Shown here piece by piece: positions 38,033 through 51,800 of a stretch of 64,000 bases of DNA (positions are counted from its first letter, which is position 1; every line of letters starts with the position of its first letter). The stretch spans positions 211,203 to 275,202 of the forward strand of contig RHPI01001259.1 in NCBI GenBank assembly GCA_009103225.1, read 5' to 3'. The DNA is from Chlorokybus atmophyticus. Lineage: Eukaryota > Plantae > Mesostigma and Chlorokybus algae. Both the position numbers and the translations under genes were made by a program. The notes beneath the pieces were generated by a model. The model saw only the letters and a program-made list of their open reading frames with translations. It was not told where the DNA came from and searched no databases.

Positions 38033-41000
38033 ATGGCGGCGGCGGCGGCGGCGGCGGCGTGGCGGATTGTGTCGCTGAGGAGGCCGGTGTTGAGCTGTGG
38101 AGGTGCTGTTGTGAGGCAAACCCCTGTGGCTTGTAGCCGGAGGAGTCTTACTGCCGGTGCATGGCTCGTCCAACGCAGCTACCAGCGGAGAGTTTTGACT
38201 AGCACAGCGCAGCGACTTGGCAAGCAGTAAGCACCCGGCATCGCATCCTACTTGAGCTGACAGCAGCTTGGTAGATAAACATGTGTTTTCTCTTGCCTTT
38301 CTCATGTTATTTGTGTTTTTCATTGCATTTTCCAGTGTTCATGGTCACAATGTATGTATGGTCCGTGCAACCCCGTTGTTGCCAATGGAGAGCTGGTATT
38401 CTATTTGCAGCCCTGTGCATGTCAATGCATGTTGATCCTTACTGGCACTCCGCATGCTGTAGTGAGCACTGCGACCTTGCTTTGATGCATGGACACGAGC
38501 ATGCCCAAATGCATGCCGACATAAGAGCTTGCTTTGTCATGTCCCTTCTTAATTACCACTGTTGTTAGCAGTGCCCGCAGGCCTTGTCGATGCGTGCCGC
38601 TGAGAAGCCATGTATCTTTTGCGACAAGTGCTTCCATAGGTATGCATCGTCTACGATGCTGACAGTGCATGAAGCACTTGGCATATGTGCGTGCGACTGC
38701 AGCAGTCTGAGTGTTGTCGTGTCGTGTTGCACATTCTGCAGATGATAAAACCGCAGCTACAGCATCAGGCCCACTCCTAGACGAAGCACCCGTGCTGTGT
38801 GTGCGGACAACCTGCCCAGGAGATCTCGCGGTACGATTGTGGCATTACCGTTGTTGAAGCCAGTCTGATGCATGCTGGAAACAATCAGCAAGGTAAAGCA
38901 GTGTTGGGCATACTGTCAGCTCAACTGCGATTTATCAGGATAGCCTCGCGGATGCGCTGCTGAGCTTTGGTGCGACATCCTGCACGCTTGAGGACGCGAA
39001 TGCGCAGACTGACGAAGAGGAGCCCGTGAGTACGGGACCACATTTTTGCTGTGTGCTTGCTTTTCAAACTGGATGCAATGTTGTCAAGCTTAGCTGCCCA
39101 CCATTGCGCTTACTCCTCACAACACGCTTGTCGTTGCTTGCACACTGCGACAGAGTAGTTCATACTGCTGTGCAGATATTTCACACGTCCGGTGAGGTGC
39201 CGTATGAGGACAAGTGGGGCACAAAGATGCCGCGTTGGACCAAGGCAAGCAGCTTGTAGACTGGTTTTTCCCACTTGCACATCATATACAAATCACGCGC
39301 TTGTACATAAAAACTGATGCACGTGCGTGTGAGTTAAACCTGCACCATCCAACATCCCTTGATGTCGAACAGTGCAAAGCGTACATGTAAACACATGCAG
39401 GCGAGCAGAAAGTAAAAATTCATTGGTCAACAGCCTTGGAACGAATTCCGAATATCTATTGGTGTTGTTCCAATTCTATGCTGAGCTGTGGTGCAGCTGC
39501 ATTGCCATTTACTATGTTGTCGCAAACCAGACGACCCTCTTGGCGCACTTTCCCAACGACACCGATATCCATTCGGCGCTGTTGTCCGCAAGGGCTGCAG
39601 TAGGACTGAATGAAGCTGATAGCGACGTGCCTGCCTTTGAAATTCGCGAGTTGGAGCAGAAGGATTGGGCGCAGGCCGTGCGGGTATGTAACATGCGCAA
39701 TGCTGCAAGCAAGCTGCAGTAGGGTTATTGTATGTATATGTATCATAAACGCTGCGAGTGACTTGTACATTTTCAAGTCAAGTAGTATGCGCTAGGTATT
39801 GTATCGTGTGTCAACCCACAAATATGACTGCGATCACTATCAGGGCTGACTCTTGTCAACCTTATTATCGGACAGAGGTGTGCTCCATGCGATTGGCGTG
39901 TACATGTCTCTACGACATATCAGTGCTTGCTTATTTATTCAATAGTAGCTAGCTGTGGCGAATGCAATAATTGCTGTTGTCGATGTTGCAAGCAGGACTC
40001 TTTTCGGCCGCTGGAAGTCGTGTCCGGATTGTGGATTGTCCCAGAGTGGAGCACTCCCGTGGTTAGTTGTTTTCCTGTTCAGCACGCATCAAGTTCTTCG
40101 CACTTATGCACAGTGCCAGAATTATTCCATGTTGCTTTTCTGTGTTTACTGCTCAACAGTTCAACTGTTGCGCAGGAGCCCGACGCTGTCAATGTCATTC
40201 TGGAGCCCGGTCTGGCTTTTGGCACTGGCGAGCATCCCACAACTCGCCTGTGCATCCAGTGGCTGCGATCAGTGGTAAGACTTGTGGACTTGGCATAAAA
40301 GGCAATATATCAAGCTCAGGCAACATCGCCCTGCGTGGGCACGCGTACTTGCAGTTTCGTGCATGCATTTTGTAGCATCCATGCGCGAAGTTACCAGCAT
40401 GATTGACCACTGGTGAGCGACATGCTGGTTAAGAGCTTCTTTTCCCGTGTTAAACAGGTAAAGCCGGGAGACGTTGTGATGGATTATGGCATTGGCTCAG
40501 GCATTCTGGCCCTTGCAGCCCTCAAGGTAAGTTTAACATATGGTCGTCTGTCATGCATTCTTTTAAATGTTGTTATTTTCGCGTGGCCGTACTCAAAGAG
40601 TCAAAGTAGAATTGCAAGTATGTCCAACATGTTGGTGTGTCGTTTGTAGCTTGGTGCCGTGTCCGCATACGGGGTGGATATCGATAAGCTTGCGCTCTCA
40701 TCATCCGAGCGCAATGCAAGTCTCAATGGCGAGGACATTGCGCGCAGCCTGAGGCTGTATCTGACCCAAGATGATGGTAGCGATCCCGTGCCTGACGCGA
40801 AAGGCACATGCGATGTCGTTGTGGCCAACATCTTGCTCGGACCCGTCACCGCCCTCGTTGGAAGACTCGTCAGATATGCGAGGCCGGGAGGACATGTGGG
40901 CCTCTCCGGCATACTCGCAACTCAGGCAAGCAAGGAATCGTGTGTTGTGTGTATATGTCAATGCTTGCATGTATGTATATTGTAAGCAAAGTGTGTAAGC

Positions 41001-41150
41001 ATGCAGATTTTATCTGTTGCTTACAATTATTCTGAATCCCATCAGGTTCCGCGTGTTCTGGATGCGTACTCGCCGTATCTCACAGATATCCGGGTGGAGG
41101 AGCTAGAGCAGTGGGCTTGTGTGTATGGAGTGACCAGGACTTCCGCTTGA
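38033..41150 (+). CDS. prmA: Multi-exon ribosomal protein L11 lysine methyltransferase with N-terminal organelle transit peptide
   Basis: EQKDWAQAVR|DSFRPLEV..GLWIVPEW, VILEPGLAFGTGEHPTTRLC, VMDYGIGSGILALAALK|LGA, GVDID, CDVVVANIL and GGHVGLSGIL. Last exon ...EQWACVYGVTRTSA*. Confidence 0.9.
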
Positions 41151-41714
41151 ATGCAATGCTGGCATACGCATTGAGCTTTTAGATTGTGGCACACATCTCT
41201 GGCATGAAGCAATAGAGTACGCATGTTCAGATGCCTCATGTCACCATGCGTGATGGACCACCCTGCACATAATGCATGTTGAGCGCTATTGTCCGTGTGG
41301 TTTGCCCTGAAACTGGACAACCTGGTTTCCCAACCAGTGGTTGGTGGTAGTTTTGGCTACGCTGGTGTCTCAGCATTTGTCTGTGTCCAAGATTTTTCAT
41401 ATTCAGCTGATGGTGATCTACATCAGGCTATGCATGTTGTCTGCTGTAAGTGTGCATAAGTCTAGCATTGTGTGTCTTGGCTGTGTCAATACGCCACGCG
41501 CTGTGCACGTCAGTGCGCACTTGAAAACAAGCGCGGCATGCACCCCCCCGCCATCGGGGGGTGGGGTCCGTAAGTACTGCGCGTGCTACTGCCAGTGCCC
41601 TGGCTGTGTTCGACAGTGCACTCAAGAAACCACATCTGCTATTGCTGCTGGTGTTGACTACTAGTCAAGTAGTACTGCTGATGCATCGAGTTAGCTAGCT
41701 GCAGTTGGTAAGTT

Positions 41715-43050
41715 TTACAGACTCGTTCCGATGCATGTCAGACAGATGAGACCCACTGCCCTGCAAGCTGTGCTGTGCTGACGAAATGCAACACACTGCC
41801 ACACAATTGTAGCCACGTTGCCATCGCCTAAGCGAGTGGAAGCACGCCATGCGTGGAGAGTTTGCAGCTCCCTCAACAATGAGTCATCCTCTGTTGTGCT
41901 GTTCCGGTGGCATAGATTGTGCATAGGCAGCACACTAGGAAGTCCACTTACCCCATCACTGGTCCAGGTGCACATGGACATGAAGGTCAAAGAGGAGGCG
42001 TGCGCGCTGAGCATGAAGCTCAAAGGTAAGGCGCCTGGTTGCCCGTGCGTTGCGTGCGTGCCGGCGAGCGTGAGATGGATGGCTGCGTGCGCTGTCGAGG
42101 GTTGAAGCAATGTCCGGCTTCTGAGGCCGTCAGTGCAGGTGCTTCAACGGAAGACGCAGCATGTTGTGTTGGTGTTAATGTGTGCATGCGTGCAGTTTGA
42201 AAACGAAGAGCGTGTGTTGATGCTGTCGGGTTGCTGCAAATCTGGGACTGAGGCTGCCAGGGGAAGAACTCGTTGGCGACCACCCTCAGGTTGTGGCAAA
42301 GTTGTGTACATATGATTATGTTTATCTCCATTGGTAGTTGTTTGCTGTATGTTGTTTGTGCTGCTTGTACTCACATCGCGTGCATCATGAACATACTTGG
42401 TGTAGGTTTCCTGCTTTTACACTTCCTGCTGGATTAGGTTGCTGTACGCAGTGTACTTAGAGCTGACATGATAGGACAACATGTTGTTTGTCTGAGGACC
42501 TGCTGCCTGTGTAGTAGGGCGCTGGCGCAATCCAGCGTGCATACATGCTGAGACAAGCCAGATGATGCGGCATAGCCACCGCACTACTGGACGCAGCACA
42601 AGGCGTGGCTTCTTCATGGGGTGAGTGCAGGTTCAACACACAGCGGTTGTGTGTGGTTTGACATACGCATGTTGGCCCATACCCACACCCGGCCCCTTCC
42701 CCTCTATGCCTGCATGCATGCGTACATGCAGATGAGAGATACCTTGTGGCTGCCCGTCGATAGGTGGGGCACACGCACACGCACATGCATGCATGCACAC
42801 TCACCGAGTCCGTCATACACGCACACGCGTGCACGAATGCGCCTCACCTGCTGTGTCTGTTATTGAGTTCAGCCGTGTGCGGCAGATGTATGAGAGCTGT
42901 ACGTGCACGTTGTCGCTGGCAATGCTCCAGCGCATGTCCTCTACCTGTCGAACGACGGCATTGTCCCAGTAAAAGATGAGCTCGTCTGCTGCGCGGTTGT
43001 GGTCGGCCTCGCAGGATACTTCTCAAACAATTGGAGCGTTTCATGAATGG
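41715..43050 (-). CDS. Fragments of a possible spliced hypothetical gene, running into the assembly gap
   Basis: Protein-like exon EADHNRAADELIFYWDNAVVRQVEDMRWSIASDNVHVQLSYICRTRL ending at a GTGAG donor (~42845), and a strong minus-strand GTAAGT donor near 41950. No homology recognised. Confidence 0.25.
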
Positions 43051-43070
43051 GAAAGCCGGGTGTGTGTGTG

Positions 43071-43227
43071 NNNNNNNNNNNNNNNNNNNNNNNNNNNNNN
43101 NNNNNNNNNNNNNNNNNNNNNNNNNNNNNNNNNNNNNNNNNNNNNNNNNNNNNNNNNNNNNNNNNNNNNNNNNNNNNNNNNNNNNNNNNNNNNNNNNNNN
43201 NNNNNNNNNNNNNNNNNNNNNNNNNNG
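43071..43227. other. Assembly gap (157 N), entered from a (TG)n run
   Basis: Run of N directly visible. Confidence 0.99.
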
Positions 43228-43560
43228 GGCTCATTGTGCATACTTATTGAACTTAGCCAGGCTGCAATCAAGTCATCAAATAGTACTATAGTCAGGTCTT
43301 ATCTGTCAACCCATTGCAATTGTTAGCTGCCAATCATTAACTTGAACTTGTTTGTTGGCTTGAAAAATCTCTCAGCCAGCAATCAATCGTGTCTTGCCTG
43401 TACTATGGACCACTCTGTGAGGAATAGGGGTTGGTAGAAATTCTGGTAGTGTTTGTCACAGCTAGTGCTAATCACCATACAGGTAGCGAGCATGATGCTT
43501 TTGAACATGTTGACAGAGCACAGATTTGCTCTCGCAGGAACACAAGCCACGCATAGATGT

Positions 43561-43911
43561 TCACACCTGTCCTACTCGAATAGTCTCGTGAGAACTGCCG
43601 ACTTGTCCAAACGCGGACACTTGCTTTTGAAGGTATAGTTTCAAGACGACTTGGTTGTTGTAGGACATTCTCCAGGTTCCGTCCCAGGTGATGAGGAAGG
43701 CGTTGTGTAGATGTGGCACGACCATGCCGTCTGCGTCAGAGAGAACAAGGCTGTGTGGGATAGCCTGTTCCACTTTGTCGCTATCCTTCAACAGAACTCG
43801 GGCAATGTCGTTGGTCTCGCGGTGGATGTGGACGAAGCGGTTTTCAGCGACCTGAATGACGTTGACATCCCCCTGTAAGAATGAAAAGCTCCCTTTCGCT
43901 TGTGTCGCCAT
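43561..43911 (-). CDS. Small (~116 aa) uncharacterised predicted beta-rich protein, paralogue A; may have upstream exons
   Basis: ORF MATQAKGSFSFLQG...; aligns without gaps to 47756-48088 (28/96 identical by manual count). AG acceptor a few nt upstream of the ATG. Confidence 0.6.
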   Translation of the reverse strand: MATQAKGSFSFLQGDVNVIQVAENRFVHIHRETNDIARVLLKDSDKVEQAIPHSLVLSDADGMVVPHLHNAFLITWDGTWRMSYNNQVVLKLYLQKQVSAFGQVGSSHETIRVGQV

Positions 43912-44821
43912 GGCTCCTGCAAATAATCGAGCGTGTGAAGAGTTGGTATCAACTTACAACTCCGCCAATCATAGCTACCTCCAGCTAGCTCACCTGTCAA
44001 CAGGAAGGTGCCACCGCCGGGGGCTCCTATGCGCTTGAGGGCTCGCCCGCTACAAGCTGCTGCATGCACAAACAGAAAACTCTATCAACCTACAGGCATA
44101 TCTCGCAGCTGTGAGAGAGATTGAGGCTACCAGACACTATGCGAACAGTACCTCCGCCGCCTCCGCCTCCGCCTCAGCCTTTAGATCCGCGAGTGCTGCA
44201 TGCTCATGCTTCAGACCCGCAGACCCGCAGTGTTTTAACGCGATATCTTCTGTCGAGTCGATAACGACAGCAACTGGCGCAGGCTGCCTGCTGTACATCA
44301 CGTTGCACCCAGTGATATCAACTCAATGGCTTGCAACCCTTCCGCCAAGTTCAGGGCCCTTATCAGCTGCTGCCAGCGGCGGCGGCCTGCCTCCCTTCCC
44401 CTCCCTGTCGAGCAGCAGCCTGCTTCGCCGTTGTGCTTGCGAGTAGTAGATTGGCCATGCGATAGCTGCTCAGCAGCAGCAGTCACAGGTGCTGTTATGC
44501 TATGCGACGGCTGGCACTGGACTGAAAGCTGTTGTTGGTCTGTCTGCATGCGTGGCAAAAGTGTGCTGGTTTGGGTCTTGTGGTTGGTCTGCAGCGGATA
44601 AGCGCTGCTGTTGTTGAGCAGAGCCAGCCAGCCAGCCAGGTGCTGTTGCAGCCTTCTTAACGCCGCAAGGTGGGTGCTGTGTCGTACGTGCATGCAAAGG
44701 TAGTGAACAGGCATGTTGTTGTTGTTGTTGTTGTTGTCATCGTCGTGAAATCAGCACTTTGCTTGTGCCACACTTTGCCACTCCAACTTGCCAGCGCCTC
44801 AACTAGCACCGCACGTGCTTG

Positions 44822-45040
44822 TTGTTGTTATTGTGAACAAAGATTGTGGGTTATCGGTTAGAGCAGACACATCGCAGACCCATATGTGGTCATGCATGTA
44901 ATCATGTAGCCATGTTGTTCAAGACAGTACTTGTTGTAATTTTGAACAACTAGTCTTGTGGGTTATAGGTTGGAGCAGACACGTTGGAGACCCATATGTG
45001 GTCATGCACGTAACCATGTAGCCATGTTTTTCCAAGACAA
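44822..45040. repeat. Two-copy tandem direct repeat, period ~112 bp
   Basis: TGTGGGTTATCGGTTAGAGCAGACACATCGCAGACCCATATGTGGTCATGCATGTAATCATGTAGCCATGTT versus TGTGGGTTATAGGTTGGAGCAGACACGTTGGAGACCCATATGTGGTCATGCACGTAACCATGTAGCCATGTT. Confidence 0.85.
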
Positions 45041-47755
45041 TTGCGCAGCTTTCACATGCCTTTCAAAACCTTGGAGGCATGTATGCTTCTCGTGCACGCG
45101 CCCGCACACAGCGCTCTGCCTGCCTGGCTGGTGCCGCATGCATTGGCAAAGCAGGCGCTTGGGAAATGGCAGAAGGAGGTTGCTCTACTGATTTCGTTGA
45201 CAGGTCAGTGCAAATCTCTGCTGCTCACTCCCCTCATTGCCCACCCTGTGACCGTCTTCATTACTCTTCACTGCCACCTTGGAGGTGCAAGGGAGCTGAC
45301 AGGGCGTTTAAAGTCGTTACTGTTGGGTGTCCTGACTGGCAAGTAGTCGTAGCCGGAACACTTCCTCTTTTTGCTGTGGAGGCAGTCGTTGTTCGTTATG
45401 TTGTCTATAACAGGTGCTAGTCTGCACTGCAGGTGGACTGCAACACACCCGCTGTAGTTGTTGACCAAATGCGTGCAGCGAGGTACGGCCTGAATGGCGG
45501 ATTGTGCTGCTCACGTGCTGGTAACCAGAGCAAGGGCAGGCTGGCACTCAGAGTGTTTGTCTCAATGACAGTGCGGCAAAGTTGTAGCGAGCTGATGTAG
45601 TGCAACCTGCTTGACACAGCATGCGAATGTGCTGATCCTGTTGACTACTTCAGCGCAGATTGTGTTTTTGGCGCTGCTTCTGCCACGACGCAGGGCAAGA
45701 AAGAAGAAGTACAGATTGCAACTACGCACGCGTGCACATACACACTAAGCACATGCCCCCATATACAAGCACGTACCTGCACATAGGCATGCACACAACC
45801 ACTTGAGTGCACACGCACACGTGCTATCTTGTCTAGTGCATGTGTTGCGATTCCCTGAAACAATCTCAGTTGCTAGATGCTATTAATACATGACCTGTCC
45901 TTTTCACAGGCACAGTCGCTCGGAGTTCAGCATGGCGTGGAGGAGCACAAGTGGTAAGTACAGTCTGCTCCTCTGCTGACGTCTGCCCAAATTTACACGC
46001 ACACACACGCATGGAGCAACTTGTTGTTGTTGCTGCTGCTGCAGTAGCTGTTGCTTCCGTTCCAGTTCCAATTGGCAGTGTTGCATGCTTGCTTCACAAT
46101 CTGAGTTTTACCCGAGTCCAACACTGCAGGCTTATATGGAGGAGCTGCGCACGTTGGAAACAGAGGGGATGTACCCAGACACACTGATGCCACATCCCAG
46201 CTGAGACAGCAGCAGATCATGACTCACGCATTGAAGCTGAGAGAGCGCCCATGCTTTGTTCACGATAAGGGAGGAGTGCGGACGGCGGTGTCGATGCGGA
46301 CGGTGCGACAGATTGACATTGACGACTGTGTTGGGATCATACCTGAGAGCTACCTGCTGCAGGCACCGCTGGTTGCACCCAAAGACTTGCAAGAACAGAG
46401 TGCGTGACCCGCATGTGTATCATACGTTGTAGATCCGTGGTAGTGAAGACCGATTGCACGCCACTTGTATATCTGTATAGCATGGGTTTATATGTGGGCT
46501 AGCAGTTGGTAAGTTGTTGGACGTTGTGGACTATACCAAAATTGCGCTGGTTAGCTATTGCGCGTAATGCTAGCATCCGAGCACAACCGTTTTCCCCATG
46601 TTGGCATGCGGGGGGGGCAGATTAGTATGGATGCATTGGCAACATACAACATGATGGTGAGAAGATGCCTTTATAGCCCTGGCCTGGTCAGCAGATGAGT
46701 GGGGCTTGTTGCCGTTGCATATGCTAAAGATGTGCAGACTGCAGCATGCTGGTATGACATGACAAAGAAGCAAGTGCGTGTGTGTGGCCTACAAGCCAGG
46801 GTCTCACACCCCAAGCGTCAAACAAATAGCATGCATAGCAGTATAGAATATAGCGGCCCGCAGCTGCCATGTTCTACACCCCAGCGTCATGGATACCCAC
46901 CAGGCCTGTGCTGCCACACAGGGCGGCAGGCCATGTGTGAACACCTAGATGATCTCCAAGCCGTCGCAAGCAGTGCTCCCAACAAGCCCAAACAGTCAGC
47001 AAGGTGCGCAATGGCGCCGCCGCCGCCCTAAACACCAACAAGGTGACACACAACGGGTTGGGCTTGCGTTTGATATTTGAATTGTTGGACGAGGAAGCGG
47101 GGGGCAACCTCAGGGTGGCGGCGGCGGCGGAGGAGGAGGAGGAGGAGGAGGAGCAGGAGGAGCAGGGGTGCCCGCGTGCACAGATCTTCAGCCTCCGAAA
47201 GGTAGGGGTTACGCCTTTCCTGCCTGCTCTGCGGCTTCTTCTTTTGCTGCTGCGCTAGGCGAGCACAGGCTTTCTTAAACGCCTTGTTCTCCCCTTCCTG
47301 CATGCGGCTCAGGTGCTCGGGGCTGCAGCTGGCCAGCTCTTGACGGCCTGGCGTGCCCCCATTTAGGTTCCCTAGACAGCAGCGGCCGCCACCCAGACTA
47401 GACTTCACTGTGCGGCTTAGGCCTGCTGAGGTGGGTGGCTGGCTGGGTGCGTGGGCGGGTGGGCGGGTGTCATTGCGTGCATGTACCCCTCGTCTTAAAC
47501 TGGATTATTGCAGAGGTGCGGTCGCCATATTATGTGTGGGCTTTTGGGGGAGAGGCCGCGACCATGGACAAGGTGTGGCGTGCGTTTGTGTTCACACGCT
47601 AATGCTCATGCACGCTGCAACACGTTGATTTGCTGAACGCGTGCTCATGCGTGTGTCCACACGCTGCTATTTAGTTCCATGCATGTAACAGGTATGTTGC
47701 AGCAACTTCCGGGTTTGCGCTGTCTCTGCAGGCAGGAGAAACAGCACCACCACTG

Positions 47756-48088
47756 ATGCAGAAAGGTACTTTCTCCTATCTGCAGGGAGGAGCGCAGTAT
47801 GTGCGCATCCGCGCCGGTCTTATCGTACACATCGAGCCCGTTCACAGATATGTTGCGCGGTTGTATTTCGTGGACGAGAACAAAGTGCAACAGCCAGTTC
47901 CTGCGAATGTTGTCCTGCTCGATGACACAGCGGACATCATCAAGCCATTCAAGGACAAATTTTACAAGGCTTGGTTTAGAAGTTACACCCTGCGCATCAA
48001 CGGTGAAGCATGTCTCCAGCTAAACAACCAGAAGACGCAGTCTATCTTGGCTCCAAGCGGCGCCGCTTGCGGCACTGTGGATATGTAG
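47756..48088 (+). CDS. Small (~110 aa) uncharacterised predicted beta-rich protein, paralogue B; may have upstream exons
   Basis: ORF MQKGTFSYLQG...VARLYF...AW...QKTQSI; gapless similarity to 43561-43911. AG acceptor at ~47730. Confidence 0.6.
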   Translation: MQKGTFSYLQGGAQYVRIRAGLIVHIEPVHRYVARLYFVDENKVQQPVPANVVLLDDTADIIKPFKDKFYKAWFRSYTLRINGEACLQLNNQKTQSILAPSGAACGTVDM

Positions 48089-48831
48089 CTTGTGTGACTT
48101 TGTACTTTGACAAGTTACTTTGTGATAGTTGGTTAATCATGTGTTGTTGAGGTTTATGTTGTTGGTGTTAGTGGTAGGACGTGAGTAACTTCATTGTATT
48201 GACGCCTCAGCGCATCGTAGTCCAGATGCAGTAGTGCAGCGCATGTGTGCAGCTATTAACCCTTCATGTGGCAAATGTACAAGTTTGTGCAGCAACGGGG
48301 AATAGTGTTGGTGCCAAGCAGCTGCTCGCACCAGGTGTGTCCGTTATCATGTATATCAGTTAACTGTAGAACAGTTCAACCTCATCTGATCGCAGCCGTT
48401 GTGATAACTTTGACTGGCAAAATGGCTCTTAAGCTTGAGGAACCTTTCAGAGGTTGCATGTGCAGTCTATGTAACTGCTGGTCAAGCCTCTGTCTGGTGA
48501 GTTCTGCATGCTTTCAGGCGAGGCTGCCACATAAGCCCACCACTTAAGCAAGCGATAGAGACACGAATTGTCAAGAACTTCTCAAGTAGACAAAAAAGTT
48601 CTACAGAGAAGGTTTACACATTGGTCTCCAGATTCAGAGGCCCCAACTCAATGAAATGACGGCAACACATTGACCACACGGCGAACCTTACGAACCTGGC
48701 GCAGTTCGCAAAAGTGTCATGAATGTCATAAGATATACAGTTATACTTACATGCTGTGCACATCGAATACAGTCTCTAAGGTCTACAAAAATAGTCAGTG
48801 ACACACGCCAAACTGCCTTGGCTATAGGTTC

Positions 48832-51800
48832 TTATAGTTTGCCGCTGATGACATTTTGAACGTGTTGGCGATACCCGTGCACATACAAAATGGCTTCCTC
48901 GTATGTGTCGGGCATCACCCTCCGCACCGTGCACATGCCTCCATTCGACACTATCATCGCATCTGGATCCGGACAGCTGAACGCAAAGCTGAAGTTGTTT
49001 GTCACCTGCAAAGATAAGACAAATATGAAGCTGCACGTGCATGAACCAAAACACACACACGAGCCTGCGTGTGTGCGTGCGCACACAGCTGCTGTGCATG
49101 TGTCACGTTGTCATCATGAGCATGTGCAGTTGTCGCTAATTATTTACCCGCACGCATCAGTGACACATGCGCACACACATACCAAGCGCAAGAATGCACA
49201 CATAACACACGCGCGCGCACACACGTACAGCAGCTGTGCCTATGGGATGTTGTGATGAACGTGTACAGTGCTGCCTGTCCTCTGCTTGCATGCACTAACA
49301 AGCCACATGCTCGCACACACACGCATGAGCGCGCTTGCGTAGGCCAACAGATTCAATTTCCCAGCTCAGGTGTGTGTGCGCGTGCGCACACAGAAAAAAG
49401 GTAGCACAGCTCTGACACAAAACACGTGACATGTTGTTGTGGCACACATTCACGCACCACCCATGCACATGCAATCACCTCGGTGCGTTAGTTGTCAAGT
49501 GACATGTGTGCATGAGCAAGCGCAATACCTGGCGCTTTCCCAGTCCTGGTGTCAGATCGGTGGCAGTGACCATAACTCTCAGCACTCCCTCAGCAGAATA
49601 TATGACCTGTGCAGGCATGGAAGAGCCATTGAAACGCTGAGCAAACTGCACTAGAGACGCAATAACAGTAATTACGTTGATAATACGACAATAGTTGTAG
49701 TATTGATAACAACAATTCAAACAACACATTATAGTAACAGTGCTGTCATCCAACAGACCTGAGAGCGGAACTCGAGGATACTCCCGATGGAGACAGGATG
49801 GATGAAGGCGATGTCGTCGACGGCGAGGATGCGGGGCGCGACGCCGATCTGCGAGAAGGCAGTCGCCCACGCCAGCTCGTACGCGATGCGCATGAGGTGA
49901 CCTCCAAACACGCGCTCGTGCACGTTGCGATCCTGAAAACGGACAAATTTTCATAGCAACAGGTTTTGGGTTTACTTTGGGTTCATCACATTGCTGGCAG
50001 CAATAACTCTGTCTTTGGAATAATCAATACATGTTGGTAGTTTTTACAACAATTCTATATACAACAGTTCACTTGGTTTCTGGCAAACGAGCTCTACGCA
50101 CCTGTTCAACACCACACTCTGTGCATAGTTATACATGATAGTTACATGCATGTTTACACATATTGCATACTTGAAACACGTACGGCATTCATACAAAAAT
50201 CATCAAGTACCTGGGAGTGCATGAGGTGGACACTGTTGTGCACGGTGTCTTTCATGGACACCCACGGCGGTCCCGCCGGCAAGTCCAGTTGCTTGCTGCG
50301 TGCACTGGTTGCGTTGGACATCTGCTGGCTCTTCGCACCGGTCGAAAACGACTTCTCCCAGCGCTTGGCCTCCATGAACAGCGCGTGGATCATCGCCAGC
50401 TCCTCTGGCGTCGGCGGCACGCGCAGCAGAGAGTTGTCGCGCTCCTCTTTGCGCCGATGCTGGTTCGCCTCGCCCTCCTGATGATGTATGTGTGTGTGCT
50501 TGTGCGTGTGTGTATGAGTGCGTGTGCGCGCTCGAGTGCGTGTACATAAGTATGCGTGCGCGTCCGCGTGCGTGTACGTGTGCATGTGTGCGTGCGTGTG
50601 CGTGCGGGTTTGTGCGTACTTGTGTGCGTGTGTCACTGGTGATGCAACAGATGCATGCTTGCTTGACATGCTCACTTGAACTCGAAATCAGAGTTGTTAC
50701 CTTGAAGGCGGCGATCTCGTGGGGTGTTGTCGGCTGCAAGCGGTGCACTTTGACCGCAGACTCCATCTTTGGGTCGCGTGCAACGAACACGAACAATGCC
50801 TCACCTGTTGAGACACAAAGGGTGTAATGCATATACAAAACCAAAAGCATATAACGTTGATGGTACCTATGAAGTACTCGCACTTGGAGAGATCCGCACT
50901 GTCTTTGCCAATGTAAGATGCACGCAACCGCACCTCCAGTGAAGAATTTCCCACCCACGTAACCTGTAGTACAGCAACAATGTAGGTATTAGCCACTGCC
51001 GCAGGCATACTGCGAGACACGCACGCATGTTTGCATGCACACACTTCTGCATACGCACATGCACAGGTGTACGCGTGTGCGGGCGTGTGCTCACACGACA
51101 ACTTTTGCAAGTTGGGAAGTACACATACGCACGCGCTCCCGTACATAAGTATGCACGTGCACACGCACATGCATAAGCACACCCATAAGCATACTCGCAC
51201 ACTGAACTGCCGAGAGCCTACCTGTCCCTGGAGGGAAAGGTCCCGATCAAGCGAAACATGACGGGACCAATCAATATGATCGACTGCGGCAGTCACAAGC
51301 GCCACGCCTGTTGCTTCGGTGTGGCGCACGGCAACATCACCAGCGAGCGCATCCACTGCAAGCGAGAGAGAGAATGACTTGTTGATGGCATCATGCAAGC
51401 ACAAGTTGAATGCAAGCAAAAGCAGAAGCAAGTTCAGTACTGTCTTCCAGGATTTTGCCAAAGCGGATGTACTTCGTGCCAAAGAGGCGGTACTGATCCA
51501 CGAGGAATGCGCTGCTGCTGAAAGGGTATACTACCTGTAAAGAAGTTGCATTGACTGCACTGATGACACACATCGCCACACACAAGCATCAACAGCAACT
51601 GTGGCTGTGGCTGCCATGCACCTCAATCCATGAGTGCCGCGGCTCCTTGATCTTGAGGGCATCCTCGCCCTTAAGTGGCACGCCGGCGCTCGACCAATCC
51701 AACGGTGGAATGTAGCTGACTCGCAACTCCTGCAGTACCACAACCACCAACAACAATATCATAAGCCCACACCACTGAGCCCTGTAACAACTCATGCGTG

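Noticed and set aside
41541-41563. GC-rich 8-bp hairpin as a Helitron 3' end or terminator
   Set aside because: No downstream CTRR terminus, no 5' TC partner identified, and intrinsic terminators are not expected in nuclear genes.
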